From Candidatus Woesearchaeota archaeon (GTDB lineage Archaea; Nanobdellota; Nanobdellia; Woesearchaeales; ARS49), in the NCBI GenBank assembly GCA_038884975.1, contig JAWAAW010000001.1, positions 18,476 through 82,475 on the forward strand: a stretch of 64,000 bases of DNA, given 5' to 3'. The notes beneath the pieces were generated by a model. The model was not told the origin of the DNA and did not search any database. It saw nothing but the letters and a program-made list of their open reading frames with translations. Below, one piece after another: positions 54,852 through 62,157 of the stretch. Every line of letters starts with the position of its first letter. Position 1 is the first letter of the stretch. The position numbers were made by a program, and so were the translations under genes.

Positions 54852-57800
54852 GGCCATTTCTCCCAAGCCTCCAATACAACATCAGTCGCTGCAGATATAA
54901 GCCCGGTCGAGAGCAACGCGACAGGGGTTGCCAGTCCGGAAGTAAAGCCAATCATAACTGCATCAACCGCCAGCGAAGCCATTGTTACAACATTCCTAGC
55001 CCATTCCAGCCGAGGAAAGTTATCATAGCAATAAGTTCCGTCAAGAATGTTCGCCTCTATCTCAAGGCAGTCTGGCTTGAAATACTCGTCCTTAAGGAGA
55101 GAATTCAGCATGTTTTTCTTGGCTTCAGAACTCATTGATTCACCCCAAATATTGCCGCCAGCCAAATAGCTATAATAAAGAGTGCCTCCAAAATTCATCA
55201 CGTCCTTCACAAATCCTGCTTGGTCGCACTGCTTGACAGCATGGGAGGCATCATACCATTCTTTCATCCGTTCACCTGCCATAATTGTAGAAGGCCCTCC
55301 CTGCACCTGCCGGGTTCCAGCAAGCCAGTGTATCAATCCATCCCTGCCCTTCACAAGACCGCCGACAGGAGAAACAACATCACTGAAGAAATTGTCATCG
55401 TATTTTTCCATTTCCTCGTCAAGGTATTGTGCGAATGCGTACTTATCATACGAATCGCCGTACACATTTAATTTTGTCATCGCATCAAGAGCATTCCATT
55501 GCGCACGCCAATTCTCAAACTTCACTGCCTTGACAACATCCTCCCACTGCTTCTTGAATTTTGCCTCAAGAACAGCACCTGACAAAGGCTTCACTGAACC
55601 CGGCTCAACATTAATTGTTCCAGTCGGATAAGTGAACTTGTGCAATTGTGGATTCTTGTAACAAGTGCACTTGCGCTTATAAACAACAAGGTCTGCCTTG
55701 CACGGGCTAACATAATACATCCTTTGTCCATACTTGTCCTTGTTGTGCACGAAAAAATCATACGATGCGTTGTTAAGGTCAAGGGGCAACGTTGGACCAA
55801 GCAGTGTTGGCTGGTTGATTGCGAGGGAATTTGCACCAACAGGCCTGAATTTCTCATTAACAGAATCTTGTGCCTCAATAAACCAACCAATTAACAGCAT
55901 TGCAGGATAACTGTGCTGAGCAACCCAGACTGGCAAATTGACCAGTGTCTTGATTGCGGTTCCACCAATTACAAGCCCGCCAGCTGACAGTTTTACAGGT
56001 GATTGTGCTGTAATGAATGCAAAAAGCTCACTCGGCTTCCACACTTTTGGGAAGTTCTTTGTTGAGAACCCGCCAAGAGTTCCTGAGAGGAGAATATCAA
56101 GCATTTCGCGACTGCCACCCAAAGCCTTCTGAACACCTGTCGGATTTATCTTGCCTATAGCATTAAGACTCTTGATTGCTGACTCTGCATTCTTTGTGAA
56201 CAGGTCAATATCCAGTGTTCCCTCTTTTGTAATCATCCCTGAAAGAAGGTCCTCATAAGCGCGCTTTCTGATAATATTTGCTGCCATTTCTTTGCTCAAA
56301 TCTCGCTCTATAAGCTCCTTAAACCCGCCCTTAACCTCTGCGCCAGCAAATGACATTGTTTTCTTTGCGCCAGCTTCTATCGCTTCCTCAGGCAATTCCT
56401 TTCCTTCAATAATGAACTTTTTGATAGATTCCTTATATGCCTGCAAAGCCTTCGCGCGGATTTCTGCTTCAGAAAGCCCCACCTGGCCAGGACCCACCAA
56501 CTCGGTTATCGGTGCCTTTTCCTTCCAAGCCTTGACAAACACATCAGGAACATCATTAATCCTTTTTTCAATAACATCATCAATCTGGCTTGCAAGACCT
56601 TTTTCCATTGCTTTTTGCCACGCTCTTGGTCCAGACCTGGTTCCGATGGATTTCAAAATGACATCTGTAATTTCTTCTGCCACATCATCAGTCATTCCTT
56701 GCACTCCCATCATTGCCTCTTTCATCACCACTGCCTTCATCGTGTTTTCAACGCCGTTCCTGGCAAGCCTGTTAATAATCACTTTCTCTACTTCAGTAAT
56801 TCCACGCTTTGCCAACGCCTCGCCAGTCTGTTTTGCAATTTCTTTTGCCTCTTTTTCAGCAACCTTCTTGACAGCCTTTGCACCCTTTCCAATACCACCA
56901 AACATATTAAAAAAGCCAGAAGCAGTAACTGTTGCGATTGTCCAGAGATTGAACATGTCGCTCCATTCCTTATGCCAGTACTCAGCAGCCTCAGGAGGGA
57001 AGGACTCATAATAAACAAGCCATCGTGGGTCTCCATATGCTGAAAGGAATAGTTTTGCCATTCCGCCACCAACATCCTGCGGAAGCTCAAAACCCTTCAC
57101 AGAGCACGAAAAAGTGTCAGTGGCATCAATATCACAATCATTAATGCTGATGTACTGATGAAAATTGCCGTGCCTGAAATCAATGCAGAAAACCATATCC
57201 TGATTCCTGAAAATTTTTCCTTTATTGAAACTTGTTTGTATCTCAACAGCATTCTGGAATGCCATGTTTGTTTTTGAAAGCAATTCATCAATAACTTTTT
57301 CCTGTCCCGGAAATTTTGCCTTGTTATTTTTCATATAAGAAACCAGCTCGTCCTCATCAATTGAAAAATCATCACCCCGCCTTTTGTAATCAACATAAGC
57401 GCAACGCAAATCCTGCTTAAGGAACGGGTCTGACTTTATCTTGCAGTCTATTATTTGCTTTGAAAGCTCATAAATTACGTCTTCTTTTTTTGCAGGCGCT
57501 ACAACCCGAACAGGCGCAATTCCAGAGCACTTAACAACTGAAGAATCATACTGTTTTGGCTCTGTTGTTGTCATTCCCGTAACAACAGCCCAAGCCTTGC
57601 CTGTCGGAGTCTGCGCCATTTGTTGCGGCACTGCCTCAAGCGGAGGGGGGCAGACTTTAGGGTCATTCGGCCTGAACTCGCCCAAGGCAACACTATTCAG
57701 AGCACAACGCAAAGCATTCACCGAATTCATCACCTTGCGCTCTTCTTCAGTGAGCGGCGGGCCGGTATAAGGAACAAAAACCTTTTCGGCAGGCGCCCTT

Positions 57801-57946
57801 CCAAGAACACCTCTCTCGCCAAAAATTTTTTCTTTGGCAAACTGATAGCCCAGGTTCCCCAGACCATAAACAACAAGAAGTATAACTATTGCTCCGAGCA
57901 CTATGCTGATGAATGCCATTGCCTTTTTGTGCATCATCTCAGCCAT
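54848..57946 (-). CDS. Giant (about 1030 aa) multi-pass membrane protein, unknown function
   Basis: N-terminus (MAEM)MHKKAMAFISIVLGAIVILLVVYGL. Further hydrophobic segments near aa 330, aa 640-690 and the C-terminus. Contains a ~300-aa K/E/A-rich helical region. An alternative start at 57937 gives an ATGA overlap with the upstream smORF. Confidence 0.7.
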   Translation of the reverse strand: MAEMMHKKAMAFISIVLGAIVILLVVYGLGNLGYQFAKEKIFGERGVLGRAPAEKVFVPYTGPPLTEEERKVMNSVNALRCALNSVALGEFRPNDPKVCPPPLEAVPQQMAQTPTGKAWAVVTGMTTTEPKQYDSSVVKCSGIAPVRVVAPAKKEDVIYELSKQIIDCKIKSDPFLKQDLRCAYVDYKRRGDDFSIDEDELVSYMKNNKAKFPGQEKVIDELLSKTNMAFQNAVEIQTSFNKGKIFRNQDMVFCIDFRHGNFHQYISINDCDIDATDTFSCSVKGFELPQDVGGGMAKLFLSAYGDPRWLVYYESFPPEAAEYWHKEWSDMFNLWTIATVTASGFFNMFGGIGKGAKAVKKVAEKEAKEIAKQTGEALAKRGITEVEKVIINRLARNGVENTMKAVVMKEAMMGVQGMTDDVAEEITDVILKSIGTRSGPRAWQKAMEKGLASQIDDVIEKRINDVPDVFVKAWKEKAPITELVGPGQVGLSEAEIRAKALQAYKESIKKFIIEGKELPEEAIEAGAKKTMSFAGAEVKGGFKELIERDLSKEMAANIIRKRAYEDLLSGMITKEGTLDIDLFTKNAESAIKSLNAIGKINPTGVQKALGGSREMLDILLSGTLGGFSTKNFPKVWKPSELFAFITAQSPVKLSAGGLVIGGTAIKTLVNLPVWVAQHSYPAMLLIGWFIEAQDSVNEKFRPVGANSLAINQPTLLGPTLPLDLNNASYDFFVHNKDKYGQRMYYVSPCKADLVVYKRKCTCYKNPQLHKFTYPTGTINVEPGSVKPLSGAVLEAKFKKQWEDVVKAVKFENWRAQWNALDAMTKLNVYGDSYDKYAFAQYLDEEMEKYDDNFFSDVVSPVGGLVKGRDGLIHWLAGTRQVQGGPSTIMAGERMKEWYDASHAVKQCDQAGFVKDVMNFGGTLYYSYLAGGNIWGESMSSEAKKNMLNSLLKDEYFKPDCLEIEANILDGTYCYDNFPRLEWARNVVTMASLAVDAVMIGFTSGLATPVALLSTGLISAATDVVLEAWEKWP

Positions 57947-58098
57947 TCAAGCCAGGCAGCCTGCCTTTGCCCTGCCTTGGCAATCAGCCATATCGCGAAC
58001 AAGAGGACAAACAAGCCAATAATCAAGGCAATAACGTAAGCCCATCCTGGAATGTCCCCTTTCTTATTCCTCAACATTGAATAAAGTGTTCGTATCAT
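57934..58098 (-). CDS. Unannotated small prepilin-like ORF (54 aa)
   Basis: Hand translation MIRTLYSMLRNKKG|DIPGWAYVIALIIGLFVLLFAIWLIAKAGQRQAAWLEWLR. Starts 3 nt after the stop of 58102..59067, and its TGA overlaps an ATG of the giant gene. Confidence 0.5.
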   Translation of the reverse strand: MIRTLYSMLRNKKGDIPGWAYVIALIIGLFVLLFAIWLIAKAGQRQAAWLEWLR

Positions 58099-58101
58099 TT
58101 T

Positions 58102-59067
58102 TCAGTCCAAAAGGAACGTGCAATCACCCTGTGGCGCAACAATCAAGTCCTGCCTGTACTGCAAAATCTTGAGCACGTTTGCATCTTGCTTTATGCCACC
58201 AATGCTAATGCCAGCAATGTCTCCAAGCTGTTGGGCATTAATTCTTTCATAAAGGATTGCAATTCCTTCATCACTTAATTCAAAATTATTCTCTCCCATC
58301 TTAAAAAGGGCGCTTTTCACGGTCTGGCCCTCCTCGATGTATTCCATATACGACTTTGTTAAGTGTGGCACTGGATTATTTGACATAAATTCATTAAGGC
58401 TTGTAATGCTAGTCTTGCCAACAAGCTGAACTATCTGCGGGTCAAACGTGATGTGCGAGCAAAGAATGCAATTAGTTGGCGCTTTCTGCGCCTGCAGCTT
58501 GCCAGAAACAACTTCCCAAATTCCATAAATAGGAACTGCAAACGTGGCAAAATCCTCTAATTTTGAGCACGGCTCTGTCTTCCCATCCTTCTTGCAATTG
58601 TAAAGCCTCCACCACTCATCAAATATTGGAATCCTGCCTTTAAAGACTTTTTCCCAACAAGAAACCATCTGGTCTGCAATAATGCTATCAAGCGCGAACT
58701 CATAAACAAGCTGCTCCTCACTACGCTTTTCAGGATTATCCCTAAAATACGGCGCGGTGTCTTTGTACAATTCCTCACTTTTAATGGTTTTTAACCTTTT
58801 TTTGGCATAACTCACCTTATTGCGGAGGTCTTCTGGCTTTATTACAATACGGCTTGCACGACAACCTTCAGGCACCCCTTCTGCAATACTCAATGAGCCT
58901 GCCTTGCGGATGCCTGCAAGAAGCACAGCCCACTCACAAGCCCCTTTTTCTTCTGCTGCGTAAAGCTTTTTCTCAACAGTCGGATACAAACTAAGAAAAA
59001 CAACAAGAAAAACAACAGCAATACTGAGTGGTATAAGGGCATTAATAATCTCCCCTTGTTTTTTCAT
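58102..59067 (-). CDS. Prepilin-like 321-aa protein, unknown function
   Basis: MKKQG|EIINALIPLSIAVVFLVVFLSL. The mature part has 8 Cys. Confidence 0.6.
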   Translation of the reverse strand: MKKQGEIINALIPLSIAVVFLVVFLSLYPTVEKKLYAAEEKGACEWAVLLAGIRKAGSLSIAEGVPEGCRASRIVIKPEDLRNKVSYAKKRLKTIKSEELYKDTAPYFRDNPEKRSEEQLVYEFALDSIIADQMVSCWEKVFKGRIPIFDEWWRLYNCKKDGKTEPCSKLEDFATFAVPIYGIWEVVSGKLQAQKAPTNCILCSHITFDPQIVQLVGKTSITSLNEFMSNNPVPHLTKSYMEYIEEGQTVKSALFKMGENNFELSDEGIAILYERINAQQLGDIAGISIGGIKQDANVLKILQYRQDLIVAPQGDCTFLLD

Positions 59068-59183
59068 GCAACACCACCAGGAACAATCCTGCCGATTATT
59101 TTAAGGATAATATAAAAAAGTACAACAAGAAGCACAAGAACAACTAAAGTAGTAACAACCAAACGGGACGCACCTCTTTTCAT
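59064..59183 (-). CDS. Unannotated small prepilin-like ORF (39 aa)
   Basis: Hand translation MKRG|ASRLVVTTLVVLVLLVVLFYIILKIIGRIVPGGVA. ATGA overlap with the downstream gene. Confidence 0.45.
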   Translation of the reverse strand: MKRGASRLVVTTLVVLVLLVVLFYIILKIIGRIVPGGVA

Positions 59184-59229
59184 ACCTTGTTCTCGAGAAT
59201 ACTATTTATATAAGGCTTTCGGTGAAGAA

Positions 59230-59511
59230 TCAATAATTGTACTTTTCCTTTGTACAGCAGACTTCCATAAAGCCAAGCCTGGACTTGTCTTCCTTGACAA
59301 AACTGCCAATCTGTGGTTCTCCGCCAAGACTCTCACATTCTGATGCAGACATCACAGCATTAGCAGGACAAACAGATTCCTGCGCCTCACTCACGCCCTT
59401 CCCAAACTTTTGAGCCCTAAAGCCAAAAATGCCGAGAAGGACAAAAAGAACAATTAAACCCAGAGCTGCAATGATGATTACTGTTATTGGAAGACCTTGG
59501 GCTTTTTTCAT
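59230..59511 (-). CDS. Small type IV pilin-like protein (paralog B)
   Basis: MKKAQG|LPITVIIIAALGLIVLFVLLGIF. C-terminus has a CC pair. Confidence 0.7.
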   Translation of the reverse strand: MKKAQGLPITVIIIAALGLIVLFVLLGIFGFRAQKFGKGVSEAQESVCPANAVMSASECESLGGEPQIGSFVKEDKSRLGFMEVCCTKEKYNY

Positions 59512-59645
59512 GTTACTGATGACATTATTGGTATTACGATGTGCTTGTTAAGCACGAACAATGTTGTTATTAAGTAAATGAGTAACAACACCAGAAAGAT
59601 TAGGATAATAATCTTTCCAGGCGTTGCTTCTGTGACGAAGGGCAT
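59508..59645 (-). CDS. Unannotated small TM ORF (45 aa)
   Basis: Hand translation MPFVTEATPGKIIILIFLVLLLIYLITTLFVLNKHIVIPIMSSVT. TAATG overlap with pilin A and ATGA overlap with pilin B. Confidence 0.4.
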   Translation of the reverse strand: MPFVTEATPGKIIILIFLVLLLIYLITTLFVLNKHIVIPIMSSVT

Positions 59646-59962
59646 TATGCTATAGGCACGCAGCAACGCGTGCATTTGACGATATCTTCTGGCTTTATGT
59701 TCTGAGGTTGCCCTGGCTTTACGTAATTGCCACTAACCTCACGCTCAAAACCAGGAGTGCATTCCCTGTCAGCAGTAATCATTACTTTCGAATCACCAGA
59801 GCCTGTGTATTCGCCAACACAAATTCCTGGGCATTCTGCAGTAGCCCTACCAAAGATGGCAAGCCTGCCTGTTGTGATTGCGAACAAAATGACCAGAACA
59901 ACCAGGCCAAGAATGGCGATGATTATTGTTGTTATAGGGAGTCCCTGAGCTTTCTTGTCCAT
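59645..59962 (-). CDS. Small type IV pilin-like protein (paralog A)
   Basis: MDKKAQG|LPITTIIIAILGLVVLVILFAI. C-terminus reads CTRCCVPIA. Confidence 0.7.
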   Translation of the reverse strand: MDKKAQGLPITTIIIAILGLVVLVILFAITTGRLAIFGRATAECPGICVGEYTGSGDSKVMITADRECTPGFEREVSGNYVKPGQPQNIKPEDIVKCTRCCVPIA

Positions 59963-60031
59963 TCAAACACCTCGTTTACTGCAGTTCTGGGAAATAACTA
60001 GGTATATAAAGTTTACTCCTTGTTAAGGCAG

Positions 60032-60370
60032 TCAGTAACTCCTGGGCAGCCTGCCTGACTCGTAGCAGTCTATGACGCCATCCTTATTCTTGTCCTTTTC
60101 AGCAATAGTTTCCCGCATCATCCGCATCGCTTCCATAGCAGCCCTTTCGCGCTCATAGAACCTAACAGCAGCCCATAATCTTTCATTTTCCACCTTGTCC
60201 ACAACCAAATAATCAACGTAATTACTCTCAAGATAAGCCTTTTTAACTATGGAGCCAAAACCACCGCCAAGCGCAAGACCTACAAATGCAATTGTTGCAG
60301 ACTTGCACACATTATTCCAAAAACCAACCGGCTTTTTTTCGCCAATTTTTGAATCAATTGTCTCGTTCAT
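60032..60370 (-). CDS. Membrane-anchored protein with a single C-terminal EF-hand
   Basis: One TM (ATIAFVGLALGGGFGSIV). Canonical 12-residue loop DKNKDGVIDCYE. Confidence 0.65.
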   Translation of the reverse strand: MNETIDSKIGEKKPVGFWNNVCKSATIAFVGLALGGGFGSIVKKAYLESNYVDYLVVDKVENERLWAAVRFYERERAAMEAMRMMRETIAEKDKNKDGVIDCYESGRLPRSY

Positions 60371-60381
60371 TTTAACACCTC

Positions 60382-60690
60382 CTACTGGTTCCTGAGATAG
60401 AACAGGACCTCTTCTTCAGTGATTTTGCCGTCCTTGTTCCTGTCAAGCAAACGTTCAGGACAAGGATATTTTGCCCTGACCGCACCAGCAAGCTTCCTCA
60501 CCTTTTCTGATTCATACTCAATTGCCATTTCTTTTTTTCCATTGTTAAAAAAGCTTATTTTTGGAAGCGCACCTGTCATTTCAAGATGCCTGTAGCCGAC
60601 ATACATACAAACGGCGCAACAGGCTGTCACAAGCGCGAGGTCAAATGCCACACGGATTGCCTCATTTACTTTTTCCTCAAGCTCTCCCAT
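60382..60690 (-). CDS. Membrane-anchored protein with a single C-terminal EF-hand
   Basis: One TM (AFDLALVTACCAVCMYVGY). Canonical loop DRNKDGKITEEE. Confidence 0.65.
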   Translation of the reverse strand: MGELEEKVNEAIRVAFDLALVTACCAVCMYVGYRHLEMTGALPKISFFNNGKKEMAIEYESEKVRKLAGAVRAKYPCPERLLDRNKDGKITEEEVLFYLRNQ

Positions 60691-61156
60691 AACCCATCAC
60701 CTGCCCTGCGAGCGAAGGATCAGAAAGGAAGCTCTCACGCTTCAATTCCTCAACAATAAAATGAACCTCCTTTGTCTTCACACCATAAGATTGCTCAAGC
60801 TTCTCGCAGAATTCCTCAAGCTCACGCATGTCCCTAAAAACACATTCTGCCATGAAATCATAACCGTTATTGATACGCATCAAAGAATTAACATTAGTGG
60901 AGCACAACAAGTGTTCTTTCAGCTGATCACGCTTTTCCTTCAGCACCTTGAACATAATTGTTGCACAAGTATTAAAACCAAGCTTCTGGAAGTCAAGCAA
61001 AGCAGAAAGCCTTTTTATGCCTATCGAGTCAGGCGAATGAATCCTATCGAACAAGGTGCTGACAGGAATGCCAGTCAGCCTTGACAATTTTGACAGCTTT
61101 ATGCGCGCATCCTGCCTCAAATGCGCTGTTATTGCCAGCAATTTTTCCTCACGCAT
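60677..61156 (-). CDS. Lrp/AsnC-family transcriptional regulator
   Basis: Start trimmed to MREEKLLAITAHLRQDARIKLSKLSRLTGIPVSTLFDRI (HTH), with a C-terminal RAM-like domain. 14-nt overlap with the first EF-hand gene. Confidence 0.7.
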   Translation of the reverse strand: MREEKLLAITAHLRQDARIKLSKLSRLTGIPVSTLFDRIHSPDSIGIKRLSALLDFQKLGFNTCATIMFKVLKEKRDQLKEHLLCSTNVNSLMRINNGYDFMAECVFRDMRELEEFCEKLEQSYGVKTKEVHFIVEELKRESFLSDPSLAGQVMGYGRA

Positions 61157-61284
61157 CCAAATCACCTCCGAATAATTCGCAATATATCCGGAAACAACAT
61201 ATACTTTTCTCATATACCATATATATTACCATAAACATTTATATTCCACAAGATTTATATATATGAAAACAATAAGCGACATTA
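61157..61284. promoter_or_regulatory. AT-rich divergent promoter region (Lrp-led operon versus AbrB-PhoU gene)
   Basis: Several TATA-like tracts (catatatattacc, atttatattcc, gatttatatatatg) lie within 128 bp between the two start codons. Confidence 0.35.
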
Positions 61285-62157
61285 ATGCGACGCAAAGTCA
61301 TAAAACTTGGAAAGAATTCCCTGCTCGTCAGCCTGCCGAGCAGGTGGGCAAAACAACACGGAATAAAGAAAGGTGATGAGGTCGAAGTTAGCACTAATTC
61401 CAGCCAGGTAATCATCACCTCAAAACAGGCAGAAAAGAAAAACAAAATTATGGTCCTTGCAGAAGACCCCGAAGTTGCTGCAAGACAGATAAAAATCGCA
61501 TACAAGAAGGGAATTGATGAGCTTGAAGTGCAGTATGAAAACCCAAAAGCGTACGCAGCAGCATTATCAGAGCTCAAGAACCTCATCGGATTTGAGATCG
61601 TCGACTCAGGAAAAAAATACAGCAGGATAAAGAACATTGCAATAGGAGAAATAGAGGAATTCAGCGTTGTACTCAGAAGGGCATTCCTTTCCTTGCTTGA
61701 AATGGCGGAAAGCGTTGAAGAGTGTGCAAAAGGCTCAAAAGAAGCAATAGAGCACGTGAATGTTGCCGAGAACGACATTGACAGGCTGACTGACTTCTGC
61801 AAACGCCTATTGAACAAGCAGGGAGCAGAAGACAACAATACCCTAACAATGAATTACGGATTGCTCAAGGACATTGAACGCATTGCAGACCATTACTCAA
61901 GCATTGCACAAACAAGAATGCCAAAGGAAGCTCAAGGATTCCTAACGCAGGCAAGAGCACAATTAAGGATGGTTTACGAGCTTTTCTATTCCTACGACCA
62001 CGCAAAGGCGGGTAAGTTGCTGAAGGAACTGAAGCAACTTGATAGTTCAGCAGAGAAATTGTTGCGCGGGAAAAGTCCTCTAGCCGTGCACCATATTGCA
62101 GGCATAATACAAATGCTTAATGAGATGAGCTGGGCGGTGTGCGCGCGCTCAATGTGA
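61285..62157 (+). CDS. AbrB/SpoVT-type domain fused to PhoU-like domain (paralog of 3793..4725)
   Basis: MRRKVIKLGKNSLLVSLPSRWAKQHGIKKGDEVEV followed by a helical PhoU-like body. Confidence 0.7.
   Translation: MRRKVIKLGKNSLLVSLPSRWAKQHGIKKGDEVEVSTNSSQVIITSKQAEKKNKIMVLAEDPEVAARQIKIAYKKGIDELEVQYENPKAYAAALSELKNLIGFEIVDSGKKYSRIKNIAIGEIEEFSVVLRRAFLSLLEMAESVEECAKGSKEAIEHVNVAENDIDRLTDFCKRLLNKQGAEDNNTLTMNYGLLKDIERIADHYSSIAQTRMPKEAQGFLTQARAQLRMVYELFYSYDHAKAGKLLKELKQLDSSAEKLLRGKSPLAVHHIAGIIQMLNEMSWAVCARSM

Noticed and set aside
61239-61838. A 199-aa minus-strand ORF overlapping the AbrB-PhoU gene.
   Set aside because: It is an S/F/L/C-rich antisense frame. The plus-strand frame has the AbrB N-terminal signature and a paralog at 3793..4725.
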